From the NCBI GenBank assembly GCA_028023455.1, contig JAQFVV010000008.1, positions 62,001-126,000 on the forward strand: a stretch of DNA of 64,000 nt, written 5' to 3'. The DNA is from Epiperipatus broadwayi. Taxonomy: Eukaryota > Animalia > Onychophora. Positions 41,481 to 53,550 of this stretch are shown piece after piece. The notes below the pieces were generated by a model. The model was not told where the DNA came from. It searched no databases and saw only the letters and a list, made by a program, of their open reading frames with translations. Position 1 is the stretch's first letter; the number at the start of each line of letters is the position of its first letter. The position numbers were made by a program, and so were the translations under genes.

Positions 41481-44400
41481 TTAAAATATAGCTATTTAAT
41501 ATTTGTATTAACTTTATCAGCATGCAAATTAAATTGATTATTATAAAATCTTAGTATTGTATTGCATTAATATTTTCTATAATGGAGTTATATCTTGTAT
41601 ATAAAATTCATGTATAGAAATAATTTTTCATTATCTTATATATTTTATAGTTTGACTTTAATTAATAAATAGTTAAAGTATTTTTAAAGCTTTTGCTAAG
41701 CTTTGATTCACTTTAACAATTTTTTTCATCTGCATTATATGTTTTTGTATATATAGTGAGCCTTAATATTTTTTTTACATCAATCAATATCAAGCCACTA
41801 TATTTAATATTAAACATGCTAACATACTACATTTGCATCAAATATTGACTACTTCAAACCACAGTATTTTATATTAGATAGATGTCTGCTGAACTATTGC
41901 ACTACTGATGTCAAATATTCTAGGTAGTTTCTCACTGTTCTTTTGCTATATTATCATTATGTTTTTACTTAAAATGTCAGTCTTTTTATCATTATCTGAA
42001 TGAAGATTCCGGATATGAATAAAGCAGATGTGAAAAGTAAATTGTTTTATTTATGAGTGATTTAACAAATAAAAAATCTTGTTACTCCTAACTATAATTG
42101 TAAAATTAGTCATTTGATATTTATCTTATAGCTAATCAGTTTTTTTTTTTTTTCAGTGGACAGGAAAGTGATTCAGTATAGTGATCAGTTTCTAAATAGT
42201 TCTTGGTTTCTGAGGTCCATTTTATTAATTCTGATGAATGTTTTCTTGATGTGTTTCACCTTACACCCGTTCGATTATGCTTTAATTATTACTTTATGTT
42301 GTAAATGAAACTTTTTTTTATTTCTCATGTGCTATTATTCCATTTAGATAAAAGTTATACCTTGTCATTATCATTTGAGTGTTATTTTGAAAAAATGTAA
42401 AAACTGCATTTTTAAATTTGTACTTTTCTTCAGAAAGAATGCCAATTTGTTTAAATTGTTTACTGATTTCATGCTTGCAATTTTTCATCTATGCTCTTTG
42501 GAAAACTCAACTATGGACTTAACTAGCATTCTTATTTTATTTAGTGAAGTTTTGAGATCATTTATATAGTTTCATTTTATTATTTTTATCATGTTTATTT
42601 GCTATTATTTGTTTTCATTCTCCTAATTATTGCTATGAAATTTATTAGTCTCAGTTTGATTAAAATAATTATAATATTTGATGTATTTTATTTCATGTTT
42701 CACATATAAATAGACTTAACCATGTATTTTTTTCTTAGAAACTTAAAACACATTGAAATCTGTCACCCTTGCATGTTCTTAATTCAGTACAAAAATCTTA
42801 AATATATATATTTTAATTTACTGAGATGTGTCTTCAAATTTTGCAAAAGTTAGCATGGCTGCCGCTCATTCATTTGTAATTAAAATTTCTTTGTTTTCAT
42901 TTTAAAAGTGCAGGAAAACCAAATGGACTATGCATGTGCCAATACCATCATTCTCTGTAGTTCGATTTTCTTTTTAATATGACTGCATGGCATATTAAAA
43001 TCTAACAAAATTTTGATTTTTTTATTAATATTTCTAATGATAAGTCCATTTAATTTTTTTCTGCTCAATTTATTAGATTGTACAGAGAAAACAACATGCT
43101 TCAAAAATTTTGCAATTTCAAGGCCTTCAACCCAAAAATAAATATTATGCTGTAGATTATATGTGAGTATTAATTTCAGCTTTTTTTATTACTTGATTAT
43201 TATTTTATCTTTTTTTGATATTTGATAAATGTATAATTTATTAATGTGTTAGTCTATGTACTAATGTGTCTGTTTAGTATATAAATTATATTTGTATTCA
43301 AATATAATGAAAGTAATGGTTTGAAAATTAAACCATTATTGACAATGTAATTTTGGGGATCTGATCCAAGTTTAAGGCAACTTTATTTTGTAGACATAAA
43401 GACTCCCAAAAGGTTTAATAATTTATTGGTTATGTCTGTATTTGTATTAGTGTCTACTAGCATGTTTTTTGTATAACAATTAAAGATTTTAACTGCATTT
43501 ATAAAATTAAAACTATTTTAAAGCAGTGCATTGTGAATTTTAAGGCTGATTATCAGATGCACAGAAAAGTTGCAAATTTTATTGGGCATAGTAACATATG
43601 ACCATCCAATAAATAAAGTTTTCAAGTGGTGGATGTGTCATGATAGCTACAATAATTATGTATACCACTCGGAATTGTTTGCGGGCAAAGAATCAAACCC
43701 AGATTTTTGCCTATGCCTTGTATTCATGCTATGGAGTCAGTAGTTTTGCCATATCTTGGATCACATTATTTTCAAGTATACAGCTAGAAAATGAATTATA
43801 TGCAAATAAATTATATCTCTGTGGAACAATAAATATAACAAGATAGCATCACTGATTGCACAAAAATATAAAATGAAGAGAGAAGACTCATTTTATCATT
43901 GATAAAGACAATGACCTTCAATTTCTAATTTTGGATAGACAAGAAGCCAATTGTTATGATAACAAATGCATATCCACCTTCTGGAAAAGATTTATTTTGT
44001 ATCTTTTATTAGGAAGAATTGAGATTTTTTAACTTCTGGGGTACAAGAAAATATGGCAAATTTTTGTAGTTCTTTTTTTTGAAAGTTCTGAAGCTATGGA
44101 TTATCTCAAATAAGAAGTTTTATATATGGTTTGAATGAGAATTTTGTGAAGAACATAAGTAAATTATGAATGAAAATATAATTTTAAATTTAGTTAATGA
44201 TAAATTAGAAATTTTGAACAACAAAAAAGTAATAATTTTTTCGGATATTGAAATTTTTTTTTCTTACATTTTTAATGGTAATCACTACTTTTCTTAGCCT
44301 TATTTTTACCTTAGTTTCTCTAGTCTCCATCAATGTAAAGTTTTTTGCTCTAACATTAATAACACTGAAGTTATTATGACAATTGGTCTCAAATCATTTT

Positions 44401-44496
44401 TTTAAAAATCCAGTTTGGCACTAAACATTTTAAACTAGTTATATATCTATTTTGACATTATCTTTGAACTTAGATACTATAATAAATGAGCATAAA

Positions 44497-44543
<47 letters not shown>
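44497..44543. repeat. Compound (CA)n(TA)n microsatellite
   Basis: Read directly from the sequence. Confidence 0.95.
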
Positions 44544-44547
<4 letters not shown>

Positions 44548-47462
44548 CTAAAACATAGAATCACTTAATTCATATAATTTATTCCATTACCCAACCATTA
44601 AGTAATAACTTTTAAAGTCTCTACAAATCTTTCAGGAAAATTGATTGGTGCCAAAAAGTAAATTAGCTATAACTGACGTTTACATGCCTATGTTAAATTA
44701 TTCATTTAAATGCAATTAATTTTATTACTGAGCAAGATACTAAGCCCAAATTCTATCATCATTTGTTTTCCATTTCTTGCTATTTCTTTAATACAATTCT
44801 AATTTTTAAATATTTAGTATATGCATATACAAATTCAATTTCATCTTACCTTTAAAAGTCAACAGCATATTTTAATAATTTTTTTCATTTTCAACAAGAC
44901 ATAAGGACTTACTAGTCATATTAATGCACTTTATTTATTCAATACCAACTTTAAAAAATGGCATTTATTAAAACGAAGAACTTATGGATATTTTTTTAAG
45001 AACACTTTGGTATGCTGATTACTGTATATATATGCATGCATTTGTGCTGGTGACAAATTGATCGTGTGGATGTAAAATAAAAGTAAATGATGAAGATTTA
45101 ATAGTGGCAATTGTATTAAATTTAGAACAGAAAATAGTGTTGTTGTTTTTTTTTTTGCTAATTGAGAAAATAAAGTGGGGAAGAGAGAGAAACAAATAAT
45201 TAAGTAGTTGGTGCATAAATTCTGTTAAAACAAATTGTTTTATTATTAACAAATGATTTTATTTCTATTGAATAATCATGAAATTATCTTGATTTTTTTG
45301 AAATTTTTACTATACAGCAATTTTTATTATGTAACAATTTTTTTTTTCAATGTATACTTTATGAATACAAATCAATTCAAATGATTTTGTATATGTTTTC
45401 TCTTTTGAGAGTTTGAATTTACATACAATTAAAGTATTTTAAACAAACCATTTGTCTTTCAAAATTTTAGTGAGACTGTTCAGTTAAAAAGAGGATATTT
45501 ATAAGTGAACTTTTTTGTATATAAATAATAGACTTACATCATTAAATATATTATGGTTTATGAATGAGTATATAGTCTCAGTAGAACTCAGTTTCATTAA
45601 AATCTATTTTATTGTATTTTATTTAATTTTCTAATTATCTGATATTAATGAGATTATGATAATTTACATTTACAAAGTTTGAAAGATGTACAAATTGCTG
45701 ATATTTGGCAACTTTGATCCAATCAGATTATGGAAAAAGTTAGTTTAATCTGAAGAACCATGCAAAATAGTAGGTTTATTATTAAGAATCTAAAATGTAT
45801 GTATGATTTTTTTTTTTGCTAAGCATACAATTGATTATCTATTTTTACCTTACCAAATGAAATTATTGATTGTTTGTTTGCGTGAACTTATATTTCAGAT
45901 TTATCCTTGTTAGCATTAGCACTGTATTGATATTTTGGCTATATACCATCAATCACCTTCAAGATGTACAAGTTATTCATTGATATTGTAGAAACTTCCA
46001 AAAATTAGAAAGGTCTATTTTAATCACAAAGTATCTAAAATCTCATGTGATTTGCAAAGCATCTTACTTGGATATGAGTAATCATTGCATAATTGCTAGT
46101 AAAGATTAACATAATAATGCAATAAATCGTTCCCAACATTCTGATTATTCACTCTCCAGATTTAAGACACTAATTATAAAATAGATTTAACTAACACCAA
46201 ATTCTAATGATATGCTGATTCAGCTGACCTCCCTTCCATTTGGAAAAAATGTATAAAATATATTGAGCAAAAATGTAATTATCTTCCAGAAATTCTGGAT
46301 TAGTCTTTTCTGTATCTCTTCCTTTTGCTTCTGATCCATTGCTATCTCCTGTTTTAAATAATTTAAATTAGATATTTTGATTTACAAAAAGCTGAGATTC
46401 AAACTCAGCTTCTCTTTTATTATTACTCACTTTTTACATTTAGGTTCCAAATTTTTTTAGTCTGATATTTCAGTCACACATCTTATAAATTTTAAAATTA
46501 GATATTTAAAATATTTGAAAATTAAAATAAATCCTTGAATCACTTTTACTACTCAGAAGATGGCTGGCGGTACCTAATTGAAACATTGATATAACACTAA
46601 TGTCAATTACAAACAAATATACGTAGGATCATATCCAAAATATAAATTCACATCTTTTATCCATGAAAATCTTCTATTGAATATTAATTTAAATTTGCAA
46701 GCAATGGCAAGCCATATCATTAGTGATATTCAAATGTTATGCTATCATAGACTTCATTATTTTACTACTCTGTCTGTCTTAGTGTAAATAATTTAATACA
46801 TATTTATAGATTTCACATTTAAAATGTGTTGTTTTTTATTTAATGCCATAAAAGTAGAATTTTTTTGCATTCACTCAAAACTTAAAAACTGAAAAGAATA
46901 ACTGTCAATCAATATTTCTATGACAAATACAAGTTTCCAATATGTTGTTACTTGCAAAAAAAAAAAAATTAGTTTTTTTGCTTCTGCTATATGTAATTCG
47001 TTGTATGTCTTCCGCTCATTTGGATAAACGGAAATTGACATTTCCAATAAAAGGGTAACAATTACTTGAATGATAATTTTTTTTTAAATTTAGTTAAAAA
47101 AAAAACATCTTTGAACGATATAGGTGGTATTTATATTGATATATTTGCAGGATCATTTTTCATAAAAATAGTTTCATTCTTTTAAAGAAAAAAAAAAAAT
47201 TAGGTATATTTTGCATTATGGTTTTGTAATTATATTTTAAATCATTTGATTATACAAATATTTGTGCTTATGTTCTATATTGCATTTTCAATTAATCAAA
47301 TATGTTTTTATTGACTAGAAATGAAAAGAAAAACTATGATTTCGCAATATGAGTCGTACTTTTTGGAACATGAAGAGTGATTAAACTGTTAAGACCGTGT
47401 TCGATTTTTTTTTGCTAACAATTTAGTTAGTTCGTTAAAGGTTTTGCAAATATTAAGAATTA

Positions 47463-47577
47463 GTCAAGCGTTGTTAGCCGAGAGGTCATCGCAGCCGCCT
47501 TGCAAGCAAGTAGTTGGTTGCAGACAGTTGTGGGTTCACCTCCCGGACGATGCTATGACATATGAAAAAATATATAT
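47463..47577 (+). mobile_element. tRNA-derived SINE, copy 4
   Basis: Perfect 13-bp TSD ATATTAAGAATTA at 47450-47462 and 47578-47590; A-box TAGCCGAGAGG, B-box GGTTCACCTCC. Confidence 0.9.
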
Positions 47578-47949
47578 ATATTAAGAATTAATCTCAATGT
47601 GAATAAATTAATTCTACTAAAATTGAATATACAATTAAATTTATTTTTCACTGATCTTGAAACTTGTTGCATGTATATATAATGCACGATGTATTATGAA
47701 AATAAATAAGCATTTTGATCATGGAAGATATTTTCATATTCATCACTGGTTGAGGCCATAAAATGTTTAAAGGAATTGTTTTTATTTTTCACACATCAAT
47801 TTTTATAGAAAATTATTCCTATAATTTTTCTTTGTTATATGGAGAAACAATAACCAACTTTAGAATTGTTGACTAATATTTAGTTTAAGTAGTTCTTTAG
47901 AAAAGCAGAGTTCATTCCAGACCTTCCAACTATTTCAAACTATTTTTGA

Positions 47950-48606
47950 TGTTATCTCAAAGAGAAGAACCTTCTACATATGTAGTGTAAATGATTGCAG
48001 TTAGATTAAAAATTGCAAATGAGGCCTTATGTCACTGATATTGAAGTGAGAAAATTGGGTGAAAACTTACAAACAAATGATAGTTGAGCTATGATGAAGA
48101 ACATAAATGAATTTGAGTTAGCACTGTTTTTATTTTATTTTCTAAAAGCTGTTGTATTTCCATTTTGAAGCATTTGTTTTGAAATTCTCTCCTCAGAGTC
48201 ACTCTTTGCATCAAATCAGGAAAAAGGATTTTAAAACATATATATAAATTTTCACAGCATATGATTCAAGACTGCCTAACAATATATAACAGTGTATGAG
48301 AAAATTAATGTATGTCCCCACATCTATCAGTATACTTGCAGGTATTAGAACAATGTTTTCAAAATTAATAATAATGCAATTTTTCCCAATATGACAATCT
48401 TTTTTCACTTTCAAAACTTGTTTTGAATTAAGTAAAAAATTTGTTACAGCAATTGTTTAGCTTCTGGGAGGTTTATCCATTGATAATAGCATTTTGAAGT
48501 TATCTCTTTTAGCTCTAAGTATAACATCTTCAACAAACTGCAGTATAATGTCCTAATTTAAAATGGCAAAATAAATCATATCAGAAAATGTTGGTTGTGT
48601 AAAGTT
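47950..48606 (-). mobile_element. Decayed LINE RT fragment
   Basis: LQF(V/A)EDVILRAK corresponds to the degenerate (Y/F)ADD motif, followed by decayed downstream RT sequence. Confidence 0.5.
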
Positions 48607-48747
48607 ATATATATAATTTCAATTGTACTTTTTCAACTTTATACAACCAACATTTTCTGATATGATTTATTTTGCCATTTTAAAACAGGGCATTATACTG
48701 CAGTTTGCTGAAGATGTTATACTTAGAGCTAAAAGAGTTAACTTCAA
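48494..48747. repeat. 113-bp inverted repeat (fold-back) with 28-nt spacer
   Basis: Arms 48494-48606 and 48635-48747; about 6 mismatches by manual alignment. Confidence 0.92.
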
Positions 48748-49311
48748 GTTAAATATAAAAAGCCCAATTGTGATTGAAGAAACCCATTATTTTTTGGTTT
48801 TTTAGTGCACAATAAATAAAAGCTTTTATTATAAAATATTATATATATATTATTTTTAACTTTTTAGTATTGGAATTTTTTTCTTATTTCAATTTTAATT
48901 AAAATGAAGAATTAAAATAATATCACAGTCTGTTTTATATTTGAAAGAAAATTTTTGCACATTAAAAATCTTTTTTTTTTTAATGAAAGAAGCATTTTTA
49001 AAAAAATAACTTTAGTTTTTGATTAGCTAAAAAAAGAAATTTTATAATCAAGAGAAATTAAAATTTAAAGCAGTCTTTACAATCATAAGAAAGTGAGATT
49101 CTTATTTCTATTGTAATTTACCATCAGTGCTTTTATTTTTAGATTTCTATTTTTTAGAAAAAAAAATACAGCCCTCTCATGTACATCACTGAAAATTTAA
49201 TGAACCAATATAAACACATTTGAAATTTGGTTTGCTTTCATCTCTATAACTAAAAAACAAAAGAACAATTATGAAATATTTCATTGCTATATTGCTTTGT
49301 CACCAATTTCT

Positions 49312-49420
49312 AATGCGCGTACAAAATTTGAAGAGATCCATTTGATAGAAGTCTGTTAAAACTCGATTACAAAATTTATCCTAAACAAACAAACATAGGT
49401 TCTAAGTTAAATCAAAGCAT
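49312..49420 (+). mobile_element. Possible non-autonomous Helitron/HINE-like fragment
   Basis: ACAAAATTTGAAGAGATCCATT...(AAAC)n...GTTAAATCAAAGC resembles the layout of arthropod DINE-1/HINE-type repeats. Resemblance from memory only. Confidence 0.3.
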
Positions 49421-51722
49421 TAAAAAATTGAAATCCACAGTTAATAATATTTCAAGTGAGAAAAAATTAAAACTAACAAAATCTGTTCATAACTGACTTT
49501 AATAAAAGCAAATATGAAGGAAAATGTCTTCTGGATAGAGTGTTTTTCAAAAATGTTATATGAAGATTACAGCTAAAGACAAGAATATATATATATATAT
49601 AGAAAGCTCATTTTATGGAATAATTTGCATTGAAATTTTATTTTAAATTAAAAATTTTGCATTTTAATTTTCTTTTTTAATGAATTTATTTGCTACACCA
49701 AAATATATGCATTTGGTTTTCCAAGCATTTAACTATCAAAGATTTTGGGTTTGGGCTTAATTTCAAGTATATTGTCTCTATATCTCTTGCTTGCTAATTA
49801 TTTTTATTTTTAATAATATGTTCTTTATTTGCTTTTTCAATATTTTATTTCTCATTTATTGAATTTATAATTATCTTTTTTTTAAATTCATATACTACTT
49901 TATTTTTCCTTTTAATGCTTTAAAATAATTTGATGTGGTTAATATTATTTTTATTTAGAATTCAACTTTAGATTTGGCAAAGTTGTGGTAATTTTATAGT
50001 TTTATTTCAAGTTTTGTAAGATCTGAAAAATTCTTCACAGAGTAATATATGAGAAATTAAGATTTTTAATAATTCTTTGTCAGTTAATTATATTGAGATC
50101 TGAATTATTATTTGTTTCATTATTATATTATTTTTTGACAACATGCTATTACAAAATTTCTTAAAATAATGGCAGAGTTTAGTTTTCATCTAATCAAAAA
50201 AAAAATCATTGAATTGATTTTCAACTTTTTGCACATAGTGTCTTAAAAATAACTCATAATTCTGTCTTGGAAAATCTTTTTTTTATTATTATTATTAGAC
50301 TTACATGATGTTTTACATGTCTTATTAAATTTGATTATCTAACTGTTTTTTGTTACTGTTTAAATAAAGAATGTTTAAAATGTATACCTGTTAATAAATA
50401 ATAAAATTATGCAATATTCATTTGTGATTTCATATGATTTTTACATTCTATTAACTTTTATTGCAGATGCAAATGTATAATTACATTTATAAATTTAATT
50501 TCTGTTTATTATAACTCTTTTTTTAATTTGAATAATACACCAAAATACCTGATTTATCATAACTGAATTGATTTTGAAAAAACAAATATAGCATTGTTTT
50601 CATTACTATTCAGATTTGCAGAAATTCATAGCTTCTACTTAATGATGCAGTTACATATATTTGTGTGTATTGTAAATTGTCTGTCATTTCATATTCAATT
50701 TTATACCACTTCCTCTTGTCAATTATAGTTGATGTCAGTTGAAAGGCCACATTAATGCTTAGAATTCAGAGAAAGGCTGTTATTTCCTCTTCATAAACTA
50801 TAATATTTTTTTTATTACAAGGTTATTTATAAAGTATAATTTGTATTTAGATATAATCGGAAAAAGGGTTCTACAAAGTACTAGCAATTTTTTTTTTTTT
50901 GTAACATTGTTATTTTTGCATTATTATACATGCCATGTATGTGTTTAAGTGACTGTAATTTGCTTTAAAAATTATCACATATTATATTAGTTATTAAATA
51001 ACATATTAGATAACATGCTAATTTACTGCTTGCTGAAGTTATCAACAGAAAAATTCAAATATTTTTATAACATTTGATTTATTATATAGACCCTATTTTA
51101 TATATAATAGGGAGTTGTATTTTGAAGTCTGACATCATAACGTTTTGTTTTTTAATAAAAAGCATATTCTTTTGTTTTGTTTTTTTGTTAAGCAAATAAC
51201 TTCAGATTATTACAATAATTGCCAGATCATTATTTGAATATCTCAATAAAAAGAAATCAATTACTAATCTAATTATTCATATGTTATTCTAAGGATGGGA
51301 AAATTATATAAAATACAAGTATTAATATAATAATCATTGTTTTATTATAGTTCCCATGATGCTTTGCATCAGCATGCAGCTTTTTTGAATCAATAGAATA
51401 TTAAAATTAATTCTTTTTTATTGATTAGATGAGTGTTAAAAATTGATAAATATAAAATTTCTTAAGAAATAACTGTAAGTATGGATTCATAAGAAAAGTC
51501 CAAAATCAGGATGAAATTTTATCAAATGAAAATATCATCATGGCTGCCCTGCCTGCTTTAATGCAATGATAGAATGGTAGGTTTTGGAACTCAAGATCCA
51601 TAAAATCATGATTCCAGTGGGTGTTTGAATTTCTGATGAATTCCCAAACAATAAATTGTTCATTTATTTATTTATTTATATCATGAATGAAAATGTAAAT
51701 ATTCATTTAGGCTTCAAAAATA

Positions 51723-52636
51723 CACCTGGGTCTCGTTTTATGCGGATTATTTTAATGCGATTTTGAAGTTATGCAATTCATGTTTCTTCTTAATATCTTT
51801 TATATTTCACTATATTTATTAGATATCAAGAAATTTAAATTATTAATAACTTATTTTGACTTGAAATACTTTTTTTTCCCAAAAATATAATGATATATTA
51901 GCAGCTAACGTGAATATGGCCCAAAGCTGCATTTAGAATATTAGCTTCTATGTAAATAACCTACATATACTAATGAGTAAATAATAATAATAGATTTATA
52001 TTTACATATAAAAATATTGCTATAAATATTCAAAAATTTTTAACTTTTAAAACGTATTTTGTTAATTATAACAGAAATAAATAATTTTTTAGATTTTTAA
52101 AATAAATAATAACGAAGATTTTATTGATTTTATAAACTGAAAATAATCTTTCTAATGATAATCTATAATCTTTTTGTTTTGATTACAATCTCATTTTTTT
52201 AATATAAAAACAAAAAACCATTAACAAAGCTCAAGACTGAAAGTGGCGCTAGTTGTATGTCACATGACAAATCTGATTTTTTAACAGTTCACAAACGAAC
52301 GCATATTGTCAAATAGCCAAATAACCACTAATGATTAAAATATGTATGAAAAAATGTAAAATTAAATACTGTAGTTAATAAAAAAAGTAAGAAATGTTTG
52401 TCTTGTATTATTTTTTTTTCAAATATTTGAAATTTTTTATTAGTCATACTTTATTTCATTATTTTTTTAATGTGAATTTTAAAGTAATTTTTCCTTCTTG
52501 CTTTACTTTTATGCTATTTCTGAAAATTACAACCCCTATCCCCATTTTTCAAGGTAAGTTACGTCTATTTTTGTGCGATTTCTTTTGTGCGCATTTTCTG
52601 AGGCACCTATCTACCGCATAAAACGAGACCCAGGTG
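51723..52636. mobile_element. pogo/Tigger-type MITE (914 bp, non-coding)
   Basis: Perfect 23-bp TIRs CACCTGGGTCTCGTTTTATGCGG (51723-51745 / 52614-52636), TA TSD on both sides, subterminal TTTRTGCG repeats. Confidence 0.9.
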
Positions 52637-53376
52637 TACCTGCTTTCCCATTACAATATAGAAATTAATACAACAGATGTAGGAAGTAATAATAATTTAT
52701 TATCTCACAAAATAAAAGGAATCAAATATATTTCTAAAAAATAAATAAAATAAAAAACGATGTTATTAAAATAAATTTAAATACAGATAACTTATTTTTA
52801 TAATCTCACACAGAAGTGAAACCAAAAGCAATCTAAATAACAAAATCATAAATGGTAAAAATAAGCAACTAAATAAACTAATATATATATATATACATTG
52901 ATAGAGTAACAATCATTGTTAAAAGAGAGCTTAACTAGGGAGAAAAAAATCAGATTGAGCTGAGAAAATAAAAAATAGGAGATAGAAATAATAACAGATA
53001 ATCATATTTCATCATTTATAATTAAAAGAATTTAAATGATATCTTTAAATAAAAAGACAAGATTTAAATAAATTTATATTGAAGTCATTTATTAAACTAA
53101 ATGATTATTAGAGGATATATTCCAATCATAGCATGTCACTGTGTTCTATTTTCAGCATAATAATAGTGCGTTTACTCTTAATATATACTTCACATCCATT
53201 GAAAATTATTCAAATTTTGTTCTAGACTGTTTGTTTTCTAAATTTAAGAGTTTCTCACTAATTAGATCTATTATTTTTAATCAATTAGAGAGGATTTGAA
53301 CACAGACTTTCAAGCTCCCTTCAGCTATCCACTCCATCTTACATAACAGAAACACATGACCACATACATGTGAAAG

Positions 53377-53443
53377 GATAAATGATCTCCAATATATATA
53401 TTTATGCTGAACCAGCACTCATCGTTTGGTCTAAATCATTATC
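53377..53443 (-). ncRNA. Type I hammerhead ribozyme, minus strand, core mutated (probably inactive)
   Basis: GATAATGATTT-AGA-CCAA-ACGATGA-GTGCTG-GTT-CAGCAT-AAATATATATA-TTGG-AGATCA-TTTATC. CTGATGA is altered and the G of GAAA is lost, but stem I pairing is excellent. Confidence 0.6.
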
Positions 53444-53482
53444 TTCCACACATGTATATAATCAGTTTTTAGTTTATATTAA

Positions 53483-53550
53483 GATGATGATCTGGACTAA
53501 CTGATGAGTGCTGGTTCAGCATGAAATATGTTTATTGGAGAGTATTTATC
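53483..53550 (+). ncRNA. Type I hammerhead ribozyme, plus strand, catalytic core intact
   Basis: CTGATGA 53501-53507; stem II GTGCTG/CAGCAT around loop GTT (53508-53522); GAAA 53523-53526; short stem III; predicted cleavage after A53534; stem I CTAA/TTGG with GGA bulge then TCT/AGA. Confidence 0.8.

Noticed and set aside
46555-46575. AAGATGGCTGGCGG as a YY1-like motif or host start codon
   Set aside because: The ORF stops after five codons and has no good splice donor or other support.
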